From a virus: a stretch of DNA of 64,000 bases. Shown here in pieces: positions 1 to 8,302 of the stretch (its first letter is position 1; every line of letters begins with the position of its first letter). A program made the position numbers and the translations under genes. The notes beneath the pieces are model-generated. The model ran no database searches. It was not told where the DNA came from and worked only from the letters and a program-made list of their open reading frames with translations. The DNA is taken from the IMG/VR virus record IMGVR_UViG_3300031088_000734; one strand, 5' to 3'.

Positions 1-1
1 G

Positions 2-748
2 GGAGCTTATATTACCAGCCATATTGAAAAGAAAAGCTCATGTGAAGGTGACTATCCTTTTGATACTGACGATATTATTGCTGGCTACGCAGAAGAGAAC
101 CGTGACAAATACCCAGATTATTTGTGGTGGAATGCTAACACTCAATTCAAAGGTCGAAACAATGAAGACCCTTACCTTTTGGCTTCTGGTAAAGGTTCTT
201 TCTACGAAAAGAACTTTCCTGATATTATCTTTTCAGTAGGCGATACTGATGAGTATGTTCGTTCTAAGATCAAAGCTGAAATCTTTAAAAGGTTTAATGC
301 GATTGTTGACCCAGTTGATAATTCGACATTGATTGATGAAGTCAACGTATTGATTGACTCTGATGTCTTCACTGCTCGTTTTACAAAAGAATATTGCCAT
401 GCTGTTGTTGAAGACTATAACATGATGGAAAAATTATTTGCTGGTTATGTGTTTGATAAAGTTGAAGTCCCATCTGAAATCAGTAATAGATCTTCAATGG
501 TGTTCTTTCTTGGAAAAGAACCAACCAAGGAAATTGTTGAGAACATGATTACTCGTATTCATCAATTCATTGACAACTATGAAGCTATTGTGGCTGAGAC
601 GAGTTCAGGCTTTAGATATTTTTTTGAATCCGGCATTGATGAAGTCATCACTATTGATGCAGTCCTTACAGATCCTGCTAACTTTAAAGTAGTGTCTGTT
701 GAATTAGTGGAACATGTTACAGAATCAACCACTAAAAAACTTGTGTAA
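2..748 (+). CDS. Hypothetical protein, 5'-truncated by window edge
   Basis: Frame of ORF 122..748 stays open back to base 2 (GAYITSHIEKK...DYLWWNAN). Confidence 0.8.
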   Translation, partial: GAYITSHIEKKSSCEGDYPFDTDDIIAGYAEENRDKYPDYLWWNANTQFKGRNNEDPYLLASGKGSFYEKNFPDIIFSVGDTDEYVRSKIKAEIFKRFNAIVDPVDNSTLIDEVNVLIDSDVFTARFTKEYCHAVVEDYNMMEKLFAGYVFDKVEVPSEISNRSSMVFFLGKEPTKEIVENMITRIHQFIDNYEAIVAETSSGFRYFFESGIDEVITIDAVLTDPANFKVVSVELVEHVTESTTKKLV

Positions 749-841
749 TATTTGTTACAAAAATAACCCAGCCTTGTGTTGGGTTTTCGATTGAATGTTC
801 ATTTTTTCGATGATATACTGTAATTCATTTTGGAGAATTAC

Positions 842-895
842 ATGTTTCATATGCAGGAAGCCAACAACATTGTTGAGTTACTTAGAGCTATTTAA
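842..895 (+). CDS. 17-aa small ORF MFHMQEANNIVELLRAI upstream of the methyltransferase
   Basis: Promoter-like TTGAAT-17-TATACT, then GGAG SD and ATG at 842. Confidence 0.45.
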   Translation: MFHMQEANNIVELLRAI

Positions 896-964
896 GGTGA
901 CGGAGCAACAAGTCTTTTAAATAGACAAGTACATTTTTTTAACAATTAATAATAGGCGATTACC

Positions 965-1984
965 ATGACTTTCGAACGCGATCTTGATCAATTTTACACC
1001 AACAGTGACATCGCTCTTAAATGCTATGACTTACTGCAAGGTGTACTGGCACAAAACAATATCAAACCCACAATATGGTTAGAACCCTCAGCCGGTTCTG
1101 GTGCGTTCTTTTCTATTGTCTCTGGTAGTAAGCTTGGTATTGATATTGATCCGAAAATTGATAAAGTCGTCAAGGCAGATTTTTTGGAATACCCTTTGAA
1201 AGACGAAGGTTATATCACCATTGGTAATCCTCCATTTGGCAAGAATTCCAGTTTAGCCATCAAGTTTTTTAACAAATGTGCAGAAGTTTCCAAAGTCGTC
1301 GCCTTTATTGTGCCGAAGACCTTTAAGAAAGACAGTGTGCAAAAGAAGTTGAATAACCACATGCACCTTGCGTTTGAATGGGATGTGCCCAGCAACTCTT
1401 TTAACATTAAGAAAGAAATTGTGGATGTGCCTTGTGTCTTTCAAGTTTGGATTAAACAAGACATCGTTCGTCAAAGCACCAACAAAAGCTCGCTGGCGGA
1501 AGATTTCATCTTCACTAATAGAACCACGGCTAACATCGCATTTCAACGAGTAGGGGTAAGAGCTGGCACCATTAAGGGCTGTGCGGCGTTCCCTGAAATT
1601 GCTGATGCCTCACATTTGTTTATCAATACCTTACAACCTGATGTTGTGAAAATTTTAAAAGTGATTGACTGGTCAGCTATTAAGTTTAATACGGCTGGTA
1701 ACCCAAGTATTTCAAAGCGTGAATTGATCAGCGAATACACTCGATACAAAGCGAGCCTTGTGGGTATTATTGATGACTATCTGTTGTTTAATTTCGACGG
1801 CGTTATCTCTATTGTGTTCTTGGTGAATGGCAATGTGTTCAACATCAAAGTTGAAAACGATAACCTTGTGTTCCATGATGCTATTTTTAAAATTCAAGTC
1901 GGTAATGTTGACTTTAATTTGGTGAAAGCGGCTTATCTTGATTTCAAAAAAATGTTGAATGAAAACATCACTAAAAAAAGTTAA
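965..1984 (+). CDS. SAM-dependent N6-adenine DNA methyltransferase-like protein
   Basis: DQFYT, motif I LEPSAGSGAF, catalytic motif IV IGNPPFG. Confidence 0.85.
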   Translation: MTFERDLDQFYTNSDIALKCYDLLQGVLAQNNIKPTIWLEPSAGSGAFFSIVSGSKLGIDIDPKIDKVVKADFLEYPLKDEGYITIGNPPFGKNSSLAIKFFNKCAEVSKVVAFIVPKTFKKDSVQKKLNNHMHLAFEWDVPSNSFNIKKEIVDVPCVFQVWIKQDIVRQSTNKSSLAEDFIFTNRTTANIAFQRVGVRAGTIKGCAAFPEIADASHLFINTLQPDVVKILKVIDWSAIKFNTAGNPSISKRELISEYTRYKASLVGIIDDYLLFNFDGVISIVFLVNGNVFNIKVENDNLVFHDAIFKIQVGNVDFNLVKAAYLDFKKMLNENITKKS

Positions 1985-2002
1985 AATATTTGAAAAAAAA
2001 GG

Positions 2003-2031
2003 TTGCCTTACCGATAAAGTTTTGATAGAAT
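2003..2031 (+). promoter_or_regulatory. Sigma70-type promoter of tRNA-Cys
   Basis: TTGCCT-17-TAGAAT followed by leader CTACATTGAATGAG. Confidence 0.7.
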
Positions 2032-2077
2032 ATCTACATTGAATGAGCAAAGCAACACGCTCTCAATGCCTTAAAAT

Positions 2078-2151
2078 GGCTGCTTGGCAGAATGGTCATG
2101 TACCGGATTGCAAATCCGAGTATGGGGGTTCGATTCCCTCAGCAGCCTCCA
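2078..2151 (+). tRNA. tRNA-Cys(GCA)
   Basis: Acceptor GGCTGCT/AGCAGCC, anticodon loop TT-GCA-AA, T loop TTCGATT, U73 discriminator, encoded CCA. Confidence 0.95.
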
Positions 2152-2163
2152 ACTTTAAAACAC

Positions 2164-2192
2164 AAAAAAAGACATCTTCTGATGTCTTTTTT
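2164..2192. terminator. Bidirectional intrinsic terminator
   Basis: A7-GACATC-TTCT-GATGTC-T6. Confidence 0.8.
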
Positions 2193-2206
2193 ATTGTCTT
2201 TATTTT

Positions 2207-2740
2207 TTAATCTTTTGTTGTTTCTTCTGTCTCGAATGGATCAATTGCCATTATTATTTTTTCATCGTTGCTTTTAAGAACATCAGTTTTGACTACATAT
2301 TCTGGTTTATTCATTTCTTCATAAAGATAGTAAGCCACATTTCCTGTTATTCCCATATATTTTTTCATGTCGTATTCGATAACATGTTTTGCATTAATAA
2401 TGGCTTGATGATTTAGATCTGGGAATAGATCTTCTAATTTTCCTTTATAAACCATTTTATCGAACATGATTGCTTTCATATTTCTTAAATCATGAATAAC
2501 CATAATCAGTATGACCAATGGGATACTTACTGCAGCATATCCAACCATTAAGTAATAGTACCAGTTTGGTATTATTGACAGTGGAGCAAATAACACCATC
2601 ATCATGACCACCAAAGGAGCCATTAAAAAAAGAGTTAATTTAAATAATTTAGGATCTCTTTTTTTATCATATTCTGCTACATTTCTTTTGAAATATTCGA
2701 AATTTTTTATAAATTCTTTTTTTGCTAATTTCTCTTTCAT
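2207..2740 (-). CDS. Two-TM membrane protein, paralog of 6117..6641
   Basis: Shared KEF.[KE]NFE..K.N and F.KM.YKG...DLFP motifs flanking two hydrophobic helices. Confidence 0.75.
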   Translation of the reverse strand: MKEKLAKKEFIKNFEYFKRNVAEYDKKRDPKLFKLTLFLMAPLVVMMMVLFAPLSIIPNWYYYLMVGYAAVSIPLVILIMVIHDLRNMKAIMFDKMVYKGKLEDLFPDLNHQAIINAKHVIEYDMKKYMGITGNVAYYLYEEMNKPEYVVKTDVLKSNDEKIIMAIDPFETEETTKD

Positions 2741-2886
2741 ATTATTTATCCTTCCTTGCAATTATCCTATTATCTTATAATAAAATGTCAAACGACTATT
2801 CATTCGAATACAATTTTGTTAAATAAACTTGACATTATATATTTTTTTTGGATACAATACAGTCTCAACTTATCGGAGAATCAAAA

Positions 2887-3222
2887 ATGAAAAAAATGTC
2901 TATTTGTGCTACTATTAGTATGTTGCTTGCCTTTGTTATTGGTTCGCAAGCTATTGCTTCAGAAACGGTTGTTCAAAGCCAACATGTAACCTCTGTTATA
3001 CCTCTTGTTGTTGAAGCCACTCCATTCATGGATGTAAAACAGGTGATTTCTGATAGTCCATTGGTTGCACATACAGCCGAATATATTGCACATGTTCGTT
3101 GTCAAGATGAAGCTCGTGTAATGGTATTTAAAGATAGTCACGGCGTATTGAAGTCGGTTCAATATACTGCCAGTAATATGAATGGTTGCACTGACGGTGA
3201 TGGTGGGATTAATTATCTTTAA
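2887..3222 (+). CDS. Secreted DUF2790-like protein
   Basis: Signal peptide; MDVKQVIS..C..M.FKDSHG....QY....GC pattern recalled from Pseudomonas DUF2790 proteins. Confidence 0.55.
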   Translation: MKKMSICATISMLLAFVIGSQAIASETVVQSQHVTSVIPLVVEATPFMDVKQVISDSPLVAHTAEYIAHVRCQDEARVMVFKDSHGVLKSVQYTASNMNGCTDGDGGINYL

Positions 3223-3270
3223 CTAGAGTACAAGAAAAAAGGTTAGTAAACACTAACCTTTTTTATTTTT

Positions 3271-5103
3271 TTACTGTCTACATATCCTGTACATCTCTTC
3301 AGAAGAACCTACTTCATCTATTATGGCAGAACCTACATAAGTACTTCTTGTGTAAGTATAGCCTCCTGCACTTGCAGATGTTGCATTTGATCTTATTGTA
3401 TAAACTGTAACTCCAGAAAATCTCCATACTTGGTTTCTAGTTGCACTGTTATATATTACACTATTTGATGTGCTATACGCTGGGCAAACAATACTACTTG
3501 TTGTGGTTACTGATACAGATTTTACTGGACTATATCTTGTCACTCCATTTAAAGATTTCTTAGCACTTGCATAATATGTCGTTGTTGTTACAGCAGATGA
3601 TGCGGTTGAAGGCAAGTTTGATTCTGCAGTTCCTGCACTGTTCATTCCCTGTAACGTAGAGCCAGCACTATATCCAGATCCAGCAAACGTAATTGCAGTG
3701 GATTGCACAACCGATGTACTTGCAACTCCATTCACAGTAAACGTTGTAAATGTTGGATTGCTTTCAACAACAACAGTTTTAGTTGATTCAGTTTCAACAT
3801 TGGCTTCATTTATAGCTATTACCGTGTAAACATATGTGCCTGCCGCTGTTGGTGTTATTGCTGTTGATGTCGAAACACCTAAATCAACATTATTCGTAGC
3901 AATACCTGAATTAGCATTATTTGATTTTATCTTATAGCTTGTAGCACCGCTTGATGAGAATGATAATGTGAATGGTGCATTTGCAAACACTGTAGATGGT
4001 GCTGTAATTGAAGGTGAAGTTGCAGGCTGTATCACATTGACTGTAATTTTTTCCTGTACACTCTTTCCAGCTCCGTTTTTGTTTACATATATATAATCTT
4101 TCGAACCTGTTGTTGGTGCTACTAATGTTTTGTTTTGACCAGTTACATTTAAATTATCTAGTAATTGTTCTTCGAAACCACTTCCGCTCCAATTGAAATC
4201 AAGATTGCTATTTGGCCCTACTTTAATGGTAGTTGGCACACCGTTCACAGTAAATGAACTAATTATTGGCTCTGGGTATACTGTTATACTTTTCTTTTTA
4301 TTAATTTTAGTTCCACTAAAACTTGTTGATTCTAATGTATAATCAAAAGTTCCAATTGTGTTTGTTACGATTTCTTTTGTGCCTGATGGTGAGTTTGCTG
4401 GTGAACCATCAAAAGTTAACAATTCAGATCCTTCAACACTCCAATTGAAAATAGCGGTGTCACCAACAGTTAATTTTTCTTTGTCCACATTGAAAGAATT
4501 TATTAGGGAGTCAGGAACAACTTCAATGGATAGTGATTTAGATTTATCAGATATTCCAGTATATCCTTTCGCAGTTAACGTATATGTTGTTGTGGTTTGC
4601 GGATAGACAGTTGTATTACTGTTAAATGAGATTCCACCAATCCCGTTATCAATACTAGCAGAAGCAGCATCAATTATATTCCAATTTAATGTTGCAGATT
4701 GACCAAATCCAATTCTTTGAATATTACTTGTAAACGTAATTTCTTGTTCAGGTTGAATAACATTCAATGTGAGTTTTTCTTGTTTAGTGTTTGAACCATT
4801 ACTTATTGTAATTAGGTATTCTGTTGTTTCAATAGGAGAGACACCTGCAAGTCCTTTTTTTGAATTATAAGAACCAATATTTTCTATGTTAATTTTATTA
4901 GCATATTTATAATCCCAAATAATACTGGTTTCTTCGCCTCTTTTTATTGTTGAGTTTTTTAGTTTTATCTCTCCATTAACTTCGCTGTCTTTTATAATTA
5001 TTTTGTTACCATCCAATGGAACGTAAACATTATAGTCTGCAAAGCTATTGCCACTTAGTAAAGCAATTAATATTAGATATTTATTTTTATTCATTTTAGT
5101 CAT
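3271..5103 (-). CDS. Secreted Ser/Thr-rich protein with tandem Ig-like beta-sandwich repeats
   Basis: Signal peptide then ADYNVYVPLD; repeated I.SF......G....L.W...A/G and Y.L.A.G/N motifs. Confidence 0.75.
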   Translation of the reverse strand: MTKMNKNKYLILIALLSGNSFADYNVYVPLDGNKIIIKDSEVNGEIKLKNSTIKRGEETSIIWDYKYANKINIENIGSYNSKKGLAGVSPIETTEYLITISNGSNTKQEKLTLNVIQPEQEITFTSNIQRIGFGQSATLNWNIIDAASASIDNGIGGISFNSNTTVYPQTTTTYTLTAKGYTGISDKSKSLSIEVVPDSLINSFNVDKEKLTVGDTAIFNWSVEGSELLTFDGSPANSPSGTKEIVTNTIGTFDYTLESTSFSGTKINKKKSITVYPEPIISSFTVNGVPTTIKVGPNSNLDFNWSGSGFEEQLLDNLNVTGQNKTLVAPTTGSKDYIYVNKNGAGKSVQEKITVNVIQPATSPSITAPSTVFANAPFTLSFSSSGATSYKIKSNNANSGIATNNVDLGVSTSTAITPTAAGTYVYTVIAINEANVETESTKTVVVESNPTFTTFTVNGVASTSVVQSTAITFAGSGYSAGSTLQGMNSAGTAESNLPSTASSAVTTTTYYASAKKSLNGVTRYSPVKSVSVTTTSSIVCPAYSTSNSVIYNSATRNQVWRFSGVTVYTIRSNATSASAGGYTYTRSTYVGSAIIDEVGSSEEMYRICRQ

Positions 5104-5449
5104 CTATTATAGTTATTTATAAATATTATTGTATAACATATTTAACACATAACAATATCTTTATTCTATTTTCTTCTTTTTTTTATTCATTCATTGAAAA
5201 TTTACAGACTATATATTTGAATATATTTTTCTATATCGAATATTATTCATGAATTATTTTTATTATAAAATGCAGATTATAATGAAAACAACACATGATA
5301 TGATTAAAGATTCTTTTTTTGTCACTCCCATTAATTTATTATAGAAATAATTAGAATATAGTGCGAAGAACATGAAAAAGTCAACTATTTTTCATAACCC
5401 GTCAAGAAAATTGAACAGGAATTAATTATTAGTCATAATAATGTTAGCA

Positions 5450-5477
5450 CAAAGTATCAAAATATTTTGATACTTTG
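5450..5477. repeat. Perfect 28-bp palindrome
   Basis: CAAAGTATCAAAATATTTTGATACTTTG equals its own reverse complement. Confidence 0.9.
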
Positions 5478-5578
5478 AGTATGCTTGTATAAAAAATCTT
5501 GCAAAAAAAATAATTGCGAACACACATGTTTTGTGTTAAAATCATGTGATTAAAAGATGTTTCATTTAGGAGAACGTT

Positions 5579-5728
5579 ATGCCTAAGATTTCTATTGAAC
5601 AGATCCGATTAGCGAACCAAAAGCTTATGGCGGGTGAAGGTGGTTCTGTTAAAAGTTATGCTTCCAAGCTTTCTAAAAATGACATCAATGAGATGTTAAA
5701 GAAAGCTTTCCACTCATTGCCACAATAA
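5579..5728 (+). CDS. 49-aa hypothetical protein (below ORF-track cutoff)
   Basis: TTGCGA-17-TAAAAT promoter, AGGAG SD, MPKISIEQIRLANQKLMAG...; next gene starts 12 nt after its stop. Confidence 0.7.
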   Translation: MPKISIEQIRLANQKLMAGEGGSVKSYASKLSKNDINEMLKKAFHSLPQ

Positions 5729-5740
5729 TTGGAGGTCATT

Positions 5741-6067
5741 ATGACCAAGAAAAAAGTATTTGAACCTATTTTTAATGCTGATGGTAATTTCGTAGTGCTT
5801 GGTTATGATCCATTTTATTGCCAAAGGGATAATCCAGCTCATCGTGCTATTCATGATGTTTTGTTTGATTCAGATGGTAATTTGAATGAAGCACTGGATG
5901 CTAATTATACTGATGATATTCAGGATCTCGAAGAGTTCGTTCAGGAATTATTTAAGAAAAATCCTTCAGTCTCTCCATTATGTGATGCGGTTCATTTGTA
6001 TTTTGCTGAACTGGCATCCAGTGCGACCAATCAGCAGTATTCAGTTGCCAGTATGTTCAAGCGTTAA
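5741..6067 (+). CDS. Hypothetical protein
   Basis: GGAGG SD, ORF, downstream terminator. Confidence 0.75.
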   Translation: MTKKKVFEPIFNADGNFVVLGYDPFYCQRDNPAHRAIHDVLFDSDGNLNEALDANYTDDIQDLEEFVQELFKKNPSVSPLCDAVHLYFAELASSATNQQYSVASMFKR

Positions 6068-6116
6068 TATAGTTAACCAACTCAGTAAAAAAGACATCCT
6101 AGATGTCTTTTTTGTT

Positions 6117-6641
6117 TTAATCTACTTCTAAATCTTTTAAACCATGAACTCTACCAATTTCATCAATGGCTTGTTGTTGAATGGTAGGCTTAGGAGCGTT
6201 ATTGATAAAGTCATTATCATTAATTCCCTGATAGATTGCGTAAGCAGTTTCTCCTTTAAGTCCACCTCTGTAATGAATATCGGCTCTTATCTGTTCTTTA
6301 TAATAATTGATGACTGGGTGTTCGATATTTGGGAAGAGATCAGACGTTAATCCTTTGTAAATCATTTTATTAAATTTTGTTATTTTTCTATTTAAAAAAG
6401 ACTCAATGAATGATATAGTAAATGTGAAAAACAATCCAAAAACAAAAAATGTCCATAAATAGTTCATATAAATATTAGATTTTTCTTCATCTAATATTGT
6501 TGCTACTTTTGTTCCAAATCCTATTAATGCGAATGAAAATATCATTAGTGTAACAAGTCCATACGATTTCATTTTATATCTGTATTCTGTAGGATTTTTT
6601 TTGTAAAACTCAAAATTTTCTAAAAATTCTTTATTGATCAT
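6117..6641 (-). CDS. Two-TM membrane protein, paralog of 2207..2740
   Basis: Shared motifs as above. Confidence 0.75.
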   Translation of the reverse strand: MINKEFLENFEFYKKNPTEYRYKMKSYGLVTLMIFSFALIGFGTKVATILDEEKSNIYMNYLWTFFVFGLFFTFTISFIESFLNRKITKFNKMIYKGLTSDLFPNIEHPVINYYKEQIRADIHYRGGLKGETAYAIYQGINDNDFINNAPKPTIQQQAIDEIGRVHGLKDLEVD

Positions 6642-6719
6642 GATAAACTCCTTTATTCTTTTACATTTTATTAGTAAAAAAAAATTAATCAAATGCAAAA
6701 AAAAACTGTTTGAAAGGTC

Positions 6720-6748
6720 TTGATTGCTTCGTTTCTTTTTGCTAGAAT
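6720..6748 (+). promoter_or_regulatory. Sigma70-type promoter of tRNA-like gene
   Basis: TTGATT-17-TAGAAT followed by CTACATTGAATGAG, identical to the tRNA-Cys leader. Confidence 0.7.
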
Positions 6749-6796
6749 GGCTACATTGAATGAGACGACAGCTTCAAAGTCACTCAGGATTGTCAT

Positions 6797-6899
6797 GTGG
6801 ATGTGTGAGCGTAATAGGAGAGTTGGCCCTCCGTCCTTGAATAAAGGTTACTCTACTGTTGTATTGGTAACGTAGGTTCAAATCCTACCATCTGCACCA
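6797..6899 (+). tRNA. Aberrant 103-nt tRNA-like gene, identity unclear (G3-U70 and A73)
   Basis: Acceptor GTGGATG/CATCTGC, A discriminator, CCA; perfect T arm GTAGG-TTCAAAT-CCTAC; D-like arm GGAG-AGTTGGCC-CTCC; long variable arm TTAC..GTAA; non-canonical anticodon arm. Confidence 0.7.
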
Positions 6900-6905
6900 A
6901 ATTGC

Positions 6906-6934
6906 TTGATTGTTGTGATGGATTGTGGTATAAT
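6906..6934 (+). promoter_or_regulatory. Sigma70 promoter with extended -10 driving ncRNA copy 1
   Basis: TTGATT-17-TATAAT with TGn. Confidence 0.75.
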
Positions 6935-6943
6935 CATCACAGC

Positions 6944-7102
6944 AAACGAATTAGGAGCCTTCGTCAAAGAAGGTTGGATAGCAGCGGTGTCGCGGGCGAG
7001 CTATCACGAAAGGTGAGGAATACTCCCTTTCATAGTAACAAAGTCCATCGGGGTGTTTTCTGCCTTTGATTAAAACGCTTGGGTGAAGCGGTTCTTTGTT
7101 AC
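6944..7102 (+). ncRNA. Unassigned structured RNA, full copy 1
   Basis: Three hairpins then a three-way junction closed by GTAACAAAG/CTTTGTTAC, containing GATTAAAA-CGCTT-GGGTG-AAGCG. Confidence 0.75.
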
Positions 7103-7117
7103 GAACTTATTTGTCAA

Positions 7118-7182
7118 TTAGCGAAGGAATTATAGTCCTAGTGGCTATGATTAAAACGGTTGGGTGAACTGGCCTTCGTTAA
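7118..7182 (+). ncRNA. Unassigned structured RNA, three-way-junction-only copy 2
   Basis: TTAGCGAAGG/CCTTCGTTAA outer stem, GATTAAAA-CGGTT-GGGTG-AACTG. Confidence 0.75.
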
Positions 7183-7197
7183 GACCAATTTTAAAGG

Positions 7198-7226
7198 TTG
7201 TTATTTACAGGCGTTTGATGTATAAT
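7198..7226 (+). promoter_or_regulatory. Sigma70 promoter driving ncRNA copy 3
   Basis: TTGTTA-17-TATAAT with TGn-like context. Confidence 0.7.
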
Positions 7227-7237
7227 AGCGACATGTT

Positions 7238-7399
7238 AAACGAATACGGAGCAGCAGTTAAATGTTGCTGAATGGTAGCGGTGGTCGGGCGAGCCATTGT
7301 TTGAAGGAGAGGTGATTTCTTAGTCCCTCTCTTAGCAACAAGGGAATTGAGATGTTGTTGGTCTTGATTAAAACGGTTGGGTGAACCGGCTCTTGTTGC
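7238..7399 (+). ncRNA. Unassigned structured RNA, full copy 3
   Basis: Same AAACGAAT..GGAGC start and AGCGGTG..GGGCGA loop as copy 1; junction closed by GCAACAAG/CTTGTTGC with GATTAAAA-CGGTT-GGGTG-AACCG. Confidence 0.75.
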
Positions 7400-7463
7400 A
7401 AACCCTATTCCAAAGAGTTGTTAAATGACAGCTTTTTTCTTTTTAGCAGTGATGGAGATTGTC

Positions 7464-7676
7464 ATGATTGAGAATAATGAATTTGCAAGTGATTATGCTA
7501 CACAACTTGTATCTAATATGACGCTTGAACAACGCCAAATGGCATTTAAACATCTTGAAAGTTTTTTTGATGAAGTTACTATTTCAACAATGAAACATGA
7601 TGCACAATACATTGGCGAAGAGCGAGCAGCGATGGATCGTTCTCTTGCGGAGCTGGATGCTAAACCTGCTGTTTGA
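7464..7676 (+). CDS. Hypothetical protein
   Basis: GGAG SD, ORF. Confidence 0.65.
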   Translation: MIENNEFASDYATQLVSNMTLEQRQMAFKHLESFFDEVTISTMKHDAQYIGEERAAMDRSLAELDAKPAV

Positions 7677-7748
7677 TGAAATACCTTTTTATTGGTGAAT
7701 ACTCAATTTATTGAGGTCGTAGGCTAGTCCCTTCTTCACCAGCCAGAT

Positions 7749-7861
7749 TTGCTGTAGGCTCTTGTAGCCTGTCCGACCGGGTTGTGACCGGGCAGCACCA
7801 GACGGTGCCCACCTAACAGTGGAGTCGATATGGCGTAGGTAATCGGTTCCTATTGCAGCAA
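7749..7861 (+). ncRNA. Candidate structured RNA A
   Basis: GC-rich island closed by TTGCTGTA/TGCAGCAA with internal hairpins AGGCT/AGCCT, TGTCCG/CGGGCA, GCACC/GGTGC, CCAC/GTGG. Confidence 0.55.
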
Positions 7862-7891
7862 TGAAATTATTAACATTATTGAGAGATTCTT

Positions 7892-7927
7892 ATGCCGACA
7901 TACGAAAAAATCTGGACACGATTATAA
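7892..7927 (+). CDS. 11-aa micro-ORF MPTYEKIWTRL
   Basis: GAGAG upstream; stop lies just before the SD of the next gene. Confidence 0.25.
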   Translation: MPTYEKIWTRL

Positions 7928-7952
7928 AATGTTAGCCCTAGGAGGGTCAATT

Positions 7953-8114
7953 ATGTCTAGAAGTGTAAAAGGTAGTAAAGGTTGTGGTTATGAATACTGG
8001 TCTAAACGTCCTATGTGCTATTCTTCTCCCGGTCGTTGGGCGAAGCAAAAATGCCATAGAATTGAAAGACAACATGACAAAGAGTTAATCAGAACTGAAC
8101 TCAAAGATCTTTGA
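7953..8114 (+). CDS. 53-aa basic protein (MSRSVKGSKG...)
   Basis: AGGAGG SD 7 nt upstream; Lys/Arg-rich. Confidence 0.75.
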   Translation: MSRSVKGSKGCGYEYWSKRPMCYSSPGRWAKQKCHRIERQHDKELIRTELKDL

Positions 8115-8268
8115 GTGGTTCTTACAGAGCAAGACCTGCATTAAGCGAAGACTGGCAGCTTGATACGGGATTTATACCGGCCCAGCGGAGTAGTGGAGTG
8201 ATAGGTGTATGCCTTGACCTTAGAAGCGATAATCTTCGGTGACTTGGTGGTGGAAAAAGATAAACCAC
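8115..8268 (+). ncRNA. Candidate structured RNA B
   Basis: GC-rich, no ORF, closed by GTGGTT/AACCAC, followed by terminator; shares AGTGGAGT(C)GATA(T)GGYGTA with RNA A. Confidence 0.5.
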
Positions 8269-8275
8269 ATAGAGT

Positions 8276-8302
8276 AAAAGACTTCTTCGGAGGTCTTTTT
8301 TT
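8276..8302 (+). terminator. Intrinsic terminator ending the RNA island
   Basis: AAAAGACTTC-TTCG-GAGGTCTTTTTTT. Confidence 0.85.

Noticed and set aside
7700-8290. Group I intron, RNase P RNA or cobalamin riboswitch
   Set aside because: No P7 GACUA/UAGUC pair, no GAGGAAAGUCC, and the GAGCAAGACCTGC similarity to the B12 box is in the wrong position without the other core elements
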